DNA from: Amoebidium appalachense
Taxonomy: Eukaryota; Protista; Ichthyosporea
DNA: 64,000 nt
Direction of reading: 5' to 3'
Assembly: GCA_963693365.1 (NCBI GenBank)
Contig: CAVNZM010000001.1
Coordinates: 502,425-566,424 of the forward strand
Part shown: positions 52,055-64,000 of the stretch, piece after piece
Layout: every line of letters starts with the position of its first letter
Numbering within the stretch: position 1 is the first letter of the stretch
The notes under the pieces: model-generated
What the model was told of the DNA's origin: nothing
What the model saw: only the letters and a program-made list of their open reading frames with translations
Database searches by the model: none
Made by a program: the position numbers and the translations under genes

Positions 52055-52347
52055 GGTCACGAAGGGGGGGGAAGGGGGGGGGGGGGGGGGGGGGGGCAAC
52101 GAAAACAGGAGGTAATGTTGCGAAGATGGCGTGCTATGAATTATGCAAAGAGAGCATCAACATTAATTACTAAAGTGAGGTTATAGTTCTAACACGTACT
52201 GACGTGTTGCCGCACGTGCGACGTTTTAACATCTACTCAGGCGGTCCCTTTTAAGTAAAAAAAAAAAAAAAAAAAAAAAAAAGAAAGGAGACACCGCCTC
52301 AGTAGGTGGTAGGTTATAGTTAGAATGTGTGTGTGTGTGCGCGCGCA

Positions 52348-52392
<45 letters not shown>

Positions 52393-52480
52393 ACGTGTGT
52401 GCCCGCGCGCGAGCGATGTGGTTGTTGCGGAAAGGCGCAGGTGTGGTGGTGGTGGTGGGTATGTGTGTGTGGGGGGGGGA
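51630..52480. repeat. Long near-perfect palindrome centred ~52014
   Basis: The arm ttctaactataacctc..gcacgccatcttcgcaacat..ccttcgtgaccttcacacac is mirrored by gtgtgaaggtcacgaagg..atgttgcgaagatggcgtgc..gaggttatagttagaa, extending to cctgcgcctttcc/ggaaaggcgcagg. Confidence 0.9.
52189..52312. mobile_element. 124-bp non-autonomous element, 9-bp TSD GTTATAGTT
   Basis: TSD at 52180-52188 and 52313-52321. The opposite palindrome arm (~51865) shows the empty site with a single copy. Confidence 0.9.
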
Positions 52481-52799
52481 GGGGGGGGGGGGGGAGTGGA
52501 TTTTTGGGGGGTATGAGGAAGTGCCCGTAAAAAGGTTGGGTGGTTAGGTGTGTCTGTGTGTGTGCAGTGGGGGGGGGTGGTGGACGGATGACGAAGAGCC
52601 CGACGTCGTGCATAGCTGTGTTTTGTAAGGTGGTGGGGGTGGGAGGGTAACTGGTCTCAATGAGCGGAGAGAGGGGGGTGGGGGGAGGTGAGAGCGAGAG
52701 GGAGAGGGAGGGGAGGGAGAGAGAAAGAGAGAAAATGAAGGGGCGCACGAGAGAGCGGCAGAGAGGGCGGGGGGAAGGGGAGCGAGAAAGAGAGAAGGC

Positions 52800-53081
<282 letters not shown>

Positions 53082-54215
53082 GGGGGAGGGAGGGAGGGAG
53101 AGAGCAGGGAGAGAAAGGGGATCGGGGGAGTGGGGGGGAGGGGGGGGGGGAGGGGAGAGGGGGGGGGGGGGGGGGAGGGGGGGGGGGGGGGGGGGGGGGG
53201 GGCTAGTGGAGATCACGGAAACACCAGCAGAGAAAACGCTGAACAGGTGATCATCAACAAACCATTAAAAAAAAAAAGCCCACACGCCCGTGCAGTTAGC
53301 GATAAATAAGTGTAGCCTTGAGAGAAAGGTAATCTGTGGTATTCGGCCCCCTTTGGTAAAGGCGCAGTACATTTTTTCTCGTTGCGACGTGCGACCTTGG
53401 CGGCTAAACGGAAACTTTTTCGGACGGTAGGCTCCTTTCTAGAGTCCACGAGATCAAATAGGAGTAGGGTTCGAAAGATCCGGACGTGGAGGGGGGGAGG
53501 TGAGGGGAGCCTGGGGAGGCCGGGGTAGCTGCGAATACATGCGATTGATTGGCTAATGGGAGGAGGGTAAACGATAAAAACGCTTTTGCCCAATCGCTGA
53601 TACGGATTTTGAAGAGCAAATAGGTGGGTGTTTATAGCCCCGATAAGGAACGGAGAACGGATACCGGGATCGAATACTATAATTTGAACGTTTGGGGTAC
53701 GAAGTTTGACTACGTTGGGGGTCTCCAAATGCGATTGGACAATTTGCGCCCATCTCGGTACCAATTGTCTAGATCGTTGCGCTGTTTGCAGCGAGCGCGG
53801 CAATGCATTTTGGGCAGCTATGGCACGTTACCACCCAGTAAAACGTAACGGGGGCCGCTCAGTAAACGTACTGAAACAAACCAAGCACACTTCTTTTCAA
53901 AAGTACTTCGCGTAGCCACGTAACGGCGTTGTTGAGTCATTTGCCCACACAATATGGGTTCCCGCAAGGTTGGTTCTGGTGGTGGAATGAGGACCTGGTA
54001 GGTCGTTCTGCTCCTGTTTACTGTCGCCCTGGGTGCACAGGCGTGTACTAATGCCCCCCCCCCCCCCCCCCCCCCCCCCTCCCCCCCTCCCCCCCCCCCT
54101 ACTCCCCCCCCCCCCCCCCCCCCCTCCCCCCCACCCCACCCCTCTCTTCCTGTCCCAAACGCCCAAAGACTTTCCCCGCACACGTACCTCCTAGTTTCTC
54201 GCGACAGGAACCGTG

Positions 54216-54277
<62 letters not shown>

Positions 54278-55682
54278 CACACACACACACACACACACAT
54301 GTGCACACTGTGATACACATAGGAACACACACACGCACATGTACACACGTGTACACACATGAGCACATGCACACACACAGGACGTGGATCACAAACACAC
54401 ACACTCTTCAACATTCGTTTTCTCATAACAGTTTTGGATTGTACCTGCGCGAGGGGCATGAGCCACCGGCCCCATCTAGCAGACGGGAGCCCCGCATTCG
54501 CCTGCCAGTATCTTATACTTTTGGTGTGTGTTTGGGCTGAGAGAGATATAACTTGATGAGTACTTGTTCAGGCGGCCGAGATCTCCCCAAATAAGTTTAG
54601 GGGGGAACCACGTCTATCCCGGCATAGGCCCGCAGTCGCAACCGTCATATGGGGCGTGACGGTTGCCACGTGGCACTTGCCAGGCCCGGACCCAGTGACG
54701 TTTGGGGAACGGTTATCCTAAAAGGCAATCACTTAAATTATATTGGTAGGGTTCGAATCAGCTTACGCAGACCTCCCTCATCTGTGACTGTGGGGGAAAA
54801 AAATCTGATCTCCACATATCAAGTTGTATGTCTGGTACGTATACGTTGTCTCCACATTGACGTAAGGAATAACGTTGATTTTTACATGTAAGGCATTTTT
54901 GTATTTTCTTCTCTGAGATACTAGAGTCTGTGATATTTCGCATGCTTTTCTTGATGAGCTTATCAATAAAGTCATTATAAAAATAATAAAAATAAAAAAT
55001 TTACATGTTCATGATCTTGTTGTGTGGAATACTGATGGCCAACTCATCATAAACCTCCCCTATGATACAACAGCACAGTCCCCCCAAACCGCCATGTTGA
55101 GCTACCCACAATCCATAATCCGTCTTTTGACTAACATAAGCCCTGGAAAGCAAACTCGGGGCGCCTTAGTCTTTATGGGGGGCTGCCGGAACAATTGTCA
55201 GATCAAATTTTCCTAGAAAAACTTCACTTTCACTATGAAGAAATTCATTGATCGTCTTTCCTTGTTACACACTGAAGTGTATTATGACACCTCATAGCGT
55301 TAGACCGTTTGTGTATTTCCACCCCTGAGTCACTGTGACAACGATGATTGGTTTCCTAAAAGTGAACCATGCAGGGATTGCCGGGGTTGGGCGATGTAAC
55401 CGTATTTTGGCAAATGTCCGGATTTTGCATCCCTGGAAAGCCATACTTACTTGCAGAATTCTACTTGTTACTCATATTGCGGGATTTTCTAACTCGTAAT
55501 AACGACATTTTTGAGTCGTAGTGCAATCCCTGGAACCACGGGTACCAGGAAGCGAGGCTCGTGCATGCTTCAAGTGCCACGGCACATGCATTCACTCTCG
55601 TTGGACCTTTGGTAGTTTTTGTCCATTAAGGAAAACAAAGAAGCGCTGTAATGAAAAGAGTTTCAACGGCCTGTATGCCGAC

Positions 55683-57287
55683 ATGCTTCAGCAAAAAAAA
55701 CGGCACCTGATCCCCAGGTGCGGACGCACCAGGAGGCTTCCTTTTCTGTTGGGGGTGCTGGCGACTGCGCTCTTTACGTTGGGTAAGTTTGAGGAATAAT
55801 AGTACGTTGATTCGGCCTTTTGTTGGTGCAGGACCAGGTGTAGGGAAGCTGCACCAATATAACACCATGGTGCACGATTTGTGCTGCAGACACTTGGGCC
55901 GACGGTAAACACGTACACATGTATTTCCGAAGCTTATTTGCAGACCAGGTGCATGTGCAGACTATGATGCCAATCGGGAGTACCAGGCACGTGTTTCATG
56001 GCACACACTCACGCACGTGTTCCTGGGCAAACACCCGAAACACTACTCTCCGCAGTCAATACTTACCAATATTACTGGATGAGCTGTGCATCTTTGAGAC
56101 AACAGTGGCGTCCGTAATCACAGTCACTGCAGGTCAATTTAACTGTGTGCTTTGTTGTTATACTTACAGAATTGCAAGAGGCAACGATAACACGGTTTTC
56201 CGCAATCCAATAAGCTGCGTGTTTGCAAGTGCCCTTTCTCCATATCTTTTTTTCATATCCGCACACACAAACATCAGGTTCCAAACACTTTTAGATGCTT
56301 GTAGTCGGTGACACGGATTCGATGGGTGGACGAACCGAAAGAAGCAGTATCAGCACAATCTTTTCAAACTGTATACCACTGAGAAAGTATGAACAGAACA
56401 CTGCGGGAGAAAGATTCGGAGTTGCAGCACGTTCAACCACTTCTTCACAAGGGCCTCGAACACGACTGAATCTATGTTCTGGGAACTCATGCTCGTAGAG
56501 TTAACACGTGTTTACATGGTTAGGTATGCAGCTTAGGAGTGGTTGAGCGTCGTCGACGGTATTTTGTTCGAGACCTCATGTATGTTCACGCAGGGTGGGA
56601 AGAGAAATAGAGTGGATACAAGACATAGGCGTAGGAGGTATGGTTATCAACGAAGTTAAATTTCATATTCGCCAGTTGCATGGTCCTGTCGCAAATACGC
56701 CTAGGACTGGTAAACATAAGGTCGGTTTGGTGCATCCTGCACGTAGCAAGGTAGAGATCCTTTTCTTTGCCTAACACCCAACAACGGTATGAATGGACAG
56801 CATGCCGACCCATGTGGTCAGGGCTCACGTTGTTGTCTTCCACTTCAAGATTGATGCGCGACCTCACAAATGGTGGGTTGCACCAGTCATTCCTGCCGGG
56901 AACCCAACAGGAGTATGCAGAGAGTACTAGGAATGAAACGGAACAGCTCCCAACCATCTACTTCATCACCCCTACGTACAAACGCCACTCACAGGTTGGT
57001 AAAAGGGTTCATGTTATGGTAGTGCTCCAAAAATAAATCATCGTAGCATATGGGCAACTGCCCGAAAGTGCATACAATAACTCATCATGATTAATACACT
57101 TGCGGGCACTTTAGTTGGTGCTATGACCGCGTATTTTGGAGCGTTTCCATAACATACCACACCACACCTGCCTGTGTTTGCACTGGTTTTCCTTTCTGCG
57201 TGCTTGTTGAAGTAACGGCAGTGCATTAGAACGGCCACTTCTACCACACGCGGTAACACACTTTTACATGCTTGCATTTCACAACTG

Positions 57288-57318
<31 letters not shown>

Positions 57319-58676
57319 CGATATTATGCATATGCAATTCTGGAACACAGCACCCACGTGTCAAGAATTGCTTTCTTCTTATGTCAACGATATCCATGTT
57401 ACTAAGTGACATGCGTACCATAAGGTTTTGGTTCTCCACATGTACGCAATGCTCTTAGGAAGATCGGTTGCAAGTCACCTGGTTCTCTGCACCAACTAAG
57501 TCATCTATTTGCTCACTACAGAAAGCCGACCTTACCAGGCTCTCACACACTCTAGCCCACGTGGCGCGGCTGCACTGGATTGTGATAGAAGACGCCAAAT
57601 CCTGCTCGAGTGACGTGACAGCCATCCTGGAGCGCAGGCAGGTGCTTCTGTTAAATATGTGACGTTTACTCTCCAGGCCTGTTGTCTGTCCTGTAATCAT
57701 AAATCGTCGGCAAGATCGAACCAACCACGTTGCATGCGATCCTTACAAGTAGTGCTAGAAACACAAAACTATGGAAAAAAGACTGCACACCGACTTTCCT
57801 CACAACCTTGCGTTTACGAAGGCACCAAGAACACAACAATTTGTTTTCTGAATAAAACACTTATCATAATCGGCTTATCAATAAGAAGTTTGGGAACTTT
57901 CGTTTCTTTTGGGCTGGACTTTCTGCATACGGGGGACAAGTGATCTGCTGCTTGACATTAGCGACTCCAGATGATGCATGTTTTCTGCTCCAGCTTATTT
58001 GGAATTTCGACTAATGAAATCTGAAGATTCAGGACCAACAGGCGTTGGCTGTGCATGCTGTTTGATTCTTGCTTGGTCACCTGAAGTGCTTTTTTTTTCG
58101 TAAATCAACGGGTATATGCAGATAATGCACTGGATGGTAGCATGTTGCCACAGCTGGCTCGGGATACTCGAGTTTTGGTTTGCTCTGCATGCGCGGCTGA
58201 AATGTACTCTGCAAAGTCAATTGCAAGTTTGCGCTGGCTGCTCGTGGAGATGTGCCTTATACCTAGCTGTTGAATTTGCTCTTTGCTCATTGTTGGTTGG
58301 TTACGGAAGTACGAGTGGTGTTCAGTAATTTATTTGGAACCAAACAAAGAACATAGGTCCTCTCAGCCATTTGGGGCAGCCTCTAAGCACCTCAATCGCA
58401 TGTTTCAAAATGATGCCTTTGAACCTATTTCTCTCTTCAAAGTCCTTGGGATCATGTTCTGTCTGGCATGGGTTATTGAACCGGTTACTGCTGCTGAGCT
58501 TCGAATATTTTCCTGCAGCGGTGTGTATCGATGGAGCCAGATCCACGCCAGATCACTCCCAAAATCTCAGAATTGGAATGGCCACAGGTGGGAGCTTTTT
58601 TTTCATGGCTCTGTTTCCGTAGCTCGTTTGGTACAAGAAGTCAGTTCGGGAGAAGAGAGATGCCACCAGGCGCGGG

Positions 58677-58711
<35 letters not shown>

Positions 58712-58993
58712 TCGGGAGAAGAGAGATGGCACCGGGCGCCGAGGGGAGGAGAGGGGGGGGGGGGGGGGGGCTTGGCGGAGAAAGGGGGGGGGGGGGGGGG
58801 CGGGGGCGGCGCATCGGGAGGTAAGGGGGGTTTGGAATAAAAGTGGGGCTCGGATAGATAAGCTGATGGTGAGGAACGTGTGCTCAGGTATTAAAGCATG
58901 AAACGAAAGGATGGAAGTTAAGGCTATACCTGTGGCCTTTAGGAGTCAGGGGTAGGAAGGGGTGGGGGTGGGGGGGTGGGGGGAGGTATTAAT

Positions 58994-59029
<36 letters not shown>

Positions 59030-62000
59030 CTTTTGTCAGGAAAGAAAAGAAGTTAAAGGACCATGGGTTGTGGTAAGAGATAACACGGATGTAAAGCTAA
59101 AGAAGGATGCCGTGTTGAAACCCAGATGTTGTATGTTTGTATCGGGCAATCATCTGTATTCTTCAGGCTGCCCAGCTTCAGCACAACTAATTTGATCTCC
59201 AGGGGGGTGAATCAGCGGAATGCTGGCATGAAGAAAGCAATGGAATTGTCGCTTTTGAATGACAACGGAAACGGGATCATTTACTTTGGTGACGACGATA
59301 ATGCTTACGACCTGCAGCTGTTTGATGCTATTCGATCTGTCCGAAAAGGTACAATCGATCCTTTCCTCGTGATTCCATCTCACTCAGAAACGGGGTTCTC
59401 TAATTATGATGCTTACTCTGTTTGTGTGATACTGAAAATGATTTTCAAAGCCTGCATTGTGTTCTCCGCCGCGAATGTGTACTTCATAAGCACTTTTACC
59501 CCCCCTTCCCCCCTCCCCTCACCCCTGGCCCCCCTTCCCCCCCCCCCCCCCCCCCCCCTTTTTTTTCCAAAAACAAGCACACATACACATACACAGGCAT
59601 AGCATTACAAGTATTATGACTACATTACGTACATGCTGAATAACTCTCCGTCCATCTAACCATTGTGCATTTTGGCACACACCCACATACACAAAGAAAT
59701 GTGCACCACTCGAGGGGGAGCTGCCCTTATCTCCCCCCTTCCCCCCCTCCCCCCTCCCCCGGCCCCCGGCCCCCCTCCCCCCCCATCCCCCCCTTTTTCT
59801 TCAGAGAACGAACTCGGCTTAGAAAGCATACTCTTCGCGTATGCTTTGTCAAATGTACACTTTGTCGTCTGTCATGAATGTGTTCATCGTACTCTGTAGC
59901 ACAGCCTAGGCCTATGCCTCCTTGACACCACTCTTTCATCCCCTCTCCACCGTGTTGTTTTATATTTCTTGCCTTTCTCTATCCCCCTCCCTCTTATTTC
60001 TCTCTGTCTTTTTCTATCCGTTCGCATTCCACCATCAGAAGCCAAAATCTCGTGCGTGGCCGCGCAACAACAAAAAAAAAAACACTTCGTTCTGCTTTAA
60101 GACACATGCATTTGCATGCCCTCACTTTTGTGGCTTGCAGGTACAGATTCGTGTAAGTATTCCCACGCCCTACTCATACACTTTCTCGCCTACTCGTGCA
60201 CATACATATCCATAACCACATGCATTACCACCCACGTGCCCTTAGATTCTCAGTGTAAGCGTGGCAAGCACATCCAGATTGTAAAGCCTAAACGGCCGGG
60301 CTAATTCCCGTTAAACGCATATGCTCAATTTTCAATAACGAAAGCGATGGTGAAGAGAGAAATGTTGATATTTTTGGTCTTTTACTCCCTTGTGTACAAA
60401 GCAATGCTTGGCCGTATCCGTTCTTTTTATGTGTGCAAGCGTGATATGGTCTAATGGTCTATGTGGTGATGGTGCTAACTTGATGATGGGTCAGTGGGAA
60501 CCTGGGCCATCGGCTTTACCGGTGGGCGGTTGTATGAACGCTGCGTAGTAGATCCAACCACAGGCTACATTAAGGGCTTCGTCACCAACTGGCACGGTGG
60601 GGTAGGTGTCTGTGTTGCCTTCTGCTTTAAAATTGTGAGTGTGGTGTGAGGTGTAGGACGCCTGTCCGTGACTGCATGGACATGCCATGGAAAACGTTTG
60701 TGGACCGGTTTTGTCACGATGCATATCGGTGACCCTTAAGTTCCCACTTTGGCTTCTTTGGCTAGGTGCACCTGATAGTCATACCATCCAAGGGCATGTT
60801 TGCCTTCGGGCTAGTTGCCGTGACTTCCGACATCAAATGGCTGCGCCTATTCCCCCCCCCCTCCCCCCCCCCCCCCCCACCCACACCGCCGCCGGGTGAG
60901 CTTAAGCCAACCTTGGCCAAGCTGGCCTACTACTTTTTTTGCGTGCTTGGAAGGATTATCGATAAATGATTATTGTAGACCTTTTCTTGGCATCGTCTTA
61001 TTGTCAAACAATGGATTAGGTTCCTGGGTGCATCGAATTTGTCTTTCTTATACCTTCTGGCACGCAGAGAAAGTTCCCTGTGGACATGGGGGCGTTTGCC
61101 ATCAACATGCAGATGCTGCACAGGCAAAGGGCACTAGGAAAGGACATTTTCATGATCCACAAAGTGCGGGTAAGAATCTTAAGCCTTTTGCGCTCTTCAC
61201 TGAGATTGCACAGAATGCCCGCTGATATACCCTTGATCACCGATGTTTCGAGAAGTTAAGTTGGAAGTTCTAAGGTCTGTTAATCCAAGGCTACATATAT
61301 CGACCGTTAATAGTGATTGCCACCAATACTGTATGATAGCGGCCCAATGCAGCACATTCAGCAACACAGGCAGCTACAATATTTTGGTTTTTTTTTAATT
61401 GGGGGACTGACCTATACTGAGTGTGCTGGACCAACCCCCCTCCCCCCCCCCATCCCCCCCCCCCCCCCCCCCCCCCCCCCCACCCGGCGAATCACGGGCA
61501 AGAATATGACAGTGTCAATGCATGTGCATGTGTGTGTGCTTGATAAGCCTTTGTGCCCTCCCCTTTCTTCAGCTAGCTGCACTATTCTAAAGATAGTGCA
61601 GGGCTAGTGCATTAAATCGAATGGCTGTTATTAGTTTCATGCCCTTGAGTGTGGATGCCACAATGCACAACCTTTCTCAGGCCATCGCAATCCTTTTGCC
61701 TGACCATAATGGATGTGGGGCATATGTGAAGTGAGACAAGGATCGCTTGGAATGTGATTCCTGATTGGTTAATTTTGATCCCATGAGTGATGTATTTCTA
61801 TTGGTAGGTAGCCTCCAAGGCTTTGTACCCGCTACCTGACGTCGGGCCGGTCCGGGCCGGATCGGGCCGGGCCGGATCGGGCCGGGCCGGGCCTTACTAC
61901 TTAGCGGGACGTCTGAGACGCCGGATCCATGAAGCTGTATTTACAAATCAAATCGCTTGATCTGTACTCGTCAATCAGAAAGCTCCATGATTTTGAAGAT

Positions 62001-63169
62001 GGTGATGCAAACATGATGATTGGTGCTTTAAAAACCGTTGGCAGAAAGATCATGTCTTTTCATGTCTTTTGTTTACTAGTATAGGCTAGTTTGCACAATT
62101 TGAACCAACCGCCAATTAAATTCCCTTAATATTAAAGTTAAAAAAAATTAGCTATTGACTCGTGTCGAAATTGCGACACATGCCCGCATATAGTTTTTGA
62201 AAAAAATGTGAAGCAGCACAACGGCCTATGCGGCATCAAAAGCACAGAAGCATCCATGTGTTTGGCATACTGGCCGATTTTTTTTTCCCCTGCTGCCCTT
62301 AGTGTCTTATATAGAGACTTCGTTCTCATCCATGCATTGCTTCGTCCTCACGAATATCCCTTGCAGAATGGATATTTGGAGACCAAGTTTCTCGAGCTTT
62401 TTGTAAGAGATTATCGTCACCTGGAGGTAATCTTCCACCCAAGATATGTATACCGTCGTATTTGTTCTTTGCTTTCCTTATCAAATTCGTGGGCATTTCA
62501 GGTGACAGTAACGATAACTTACAGCTCACTGGTCTGAAATTGGTTTGGCCGGTAACACGTCGGGTGTGGTTCGGAAGTTCTGCACACCTATAGCTGCACA
62601 TAGAGCTTCACATATTTATCGTTAAGCAATTTTTTCTTAGTGGCTGAAATATTTGAGCTAAAATTTATCCTCCTCCCCCCCTCCCCCCAAACTGCACACA
62701 GAAACACACACATACACACACACTCCCCCCCCCCCCCCCCCCCCCCCCCTGCCCCCCCGCCTCTGTCTCTCTTCATCTTTCCCTCTATCCCTGTCTCTCT
62801 CTTCCCATCTCCCACTTTGTCTACTCAGTCTCACTCCCTCTCTTCTTCTCTCTCTCGCTCACCCCCTCACCCCCTCTCCCTCTCCCTCCCCCCCCCCCCC
62901 CCCCCCCCTTCTCTCTCTCGCTCTCTCTCTCTTTCTATCTGTCTCACGGTTTCTCTGTCTCTGTGTCTCATAGTCTCACGGTTGCACGGTCTCTGTATCC
63001 CTCTCACCGACCGCATTACTAAGGTGACCTCTTCCACCCGACCTTGCTCTCCCTCCTCCTGCAGCCAAAAGGAAACTGCACAAAAGTATGGGTGTGGCAC
63101 ACGAAGACAATGCTTCAGATCGAGGGAAAGCCACCAGAAGGCGAACCGGACGAGCCACTGGACCCGTAG
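55683..63169 (+). CDS. GT43 beta-1,3-glucuronosyltransferase (B3GAT/GlcAT-I-like); exons 55683-55782, 56801-56994, 57522-57637, 58519-58587, 59203-59348, 60495-60601, 61068-61169, 62367-62426, 63065-63169
   Basis: In-frame splicing gives TM-LPTIYFITPTYKRHSQ/KADLTRLSHTL..LHWIVIED/RGVNQRNAG..IIYFGDDDNAYDLQLF/VGTWAIGFTGG/RKFPVDMGAFAIN/GYLETKFL/NCTKVWVWHTKT, all GT43 hallmarks. Confidence 0.92.
61844..61893. repeat. GC-rich 5-mer tandem (GGGCC/GGATC/GGTCC) in a GT43 intron, bracketed by CCCGCTA/TAGCGGG
   Basis: Read directly from the sequence. Confidence 0.7.
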
Positions 63170-63619
63170 GTGGATGTTTTCGAAACGACAACCGGGCAAC
63201 GACAACCGGGAACCATGAGTACATAGGGACATGCTAGATAAATATAAAAAAAAAATTACAGTACGACATAAAAAAGACATGCAACGTGATAAACCTGAAG
63301 GTCTGCGAATAATAAGCCTTTATCTAACCAACTAATTTCGTAATACATGGACCTGGTATCCGAGAGTCTTCGTTGAGCACTTAACTACTGGCTTAATGAA
63401 AGGTGATAATGAAAGGTGATAATGAAAGGTGATAATGATAGGCCCTGATGATCAATATGAAGAGATTATCCTCGTTATTCATGAATATAATAATGCATCT
63501 GGAAGAAAGTATATCCGTTCGGGAATAAAGGATAGGCATTGGCTCAAAGGCGGAAAGCCCTCGTGCGAACCACATCCACGCACAGCATATGATTCATGTT
63601 TTTTTCTCAAGGCCTAACC

Positions 63620-63790
63620 GTAGACGGGGCCCAGACTGAAGTTAAAAAATGTATTGGTTGGTATAGATTCACCCATCTTTCTGCCACAGGAGTCACCAAC
63701 CCCTCTAATCGGCTTAAGCTTTTCAAGGCATTGGTTTGTCCATGGTGTGAATATGGTCTGCCCCTTTTAGGGATTCTTGATTTGATACGG
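63620..63790 (+). pseudogene. Small LINE RT-region fragment related to 3438-4598
   Basis: PSNRLKLFKALVCPWCEYGLPLL aligns with PSIRLTFIRTFVFPACEYGLPLL. Confidence 0.75.
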
Positions 63791-63882
63791 GGAGGGGGGT
63801 AGTTATTTTTTTTTTTTTTTTTTTTTTTTTGGGGGGGGGGGGGGGGGACTTACCCACCCTCTTAGACAAGGGGGTCCCCCCT

Positions 63883-63913
<31 letters not shown>

Positions 63914-64000
63914 TGACCTGTAGGGGGGGGGGGGGGGGGGGGGGGTGACCTGTCATCTTCCCATGATTAACGGCAAGATTTAGAAGTTGAGTTTCACACA

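Noticed and set aside
53213-53915. 196-aa ORF and neighbours in a complex non-repetitive stretch
   Set aside because: No protein motif; it may be a transposon end or promoter, but this cannot be supported from the sequence alone.
63395-63460. 12-bp tandem repeat followed by CTGATGA as a hammerhead
   Set aside because: No stem II-GAAA-stem III arrangement downstream.

Overview
Repeat-rich eukaryotic genomic DNA with spliceosomal introns (several GC-AG), very many poly-C/poly-G runs and (CA)n/(GA)n/(TA)n microsatellites. Most ORFs in the supplied track are low-complexity artefacts. All four recognisable host genes are glycan-modifying enzymes: a 2-exon LicD/fukutin-family gene, an inverted intronless pair of GT32/capsule-synthesis-like glycosyltransferases, and a 9-exon GT43 (B3GAT/GlcAT-like) gene. 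Mobile DNA comprises a Ty3/gypsy-like LTR element (gag + protease), a second LTR remnant, three pieces of one LINE family, a Penelope-like (PLE) RT fragment with tandem pseudo-LTRs, a 6-exon Mutator-like DDE transposase with an inserted DEDDy 3'-5' exonuclease, a 124-135 bp element with 9-bp TSDs, and fold-back palindromes. There is also a TSD-flanked 28S rRNA fragment and an odd tRNA-like gene. The top candidate novelty is a ~160-nt covarying, pseudoknotted RNA in the PLE repeats that contains all hammerhead core motifs in a permuted, knotted order. All calls were made by eye, without database searches.
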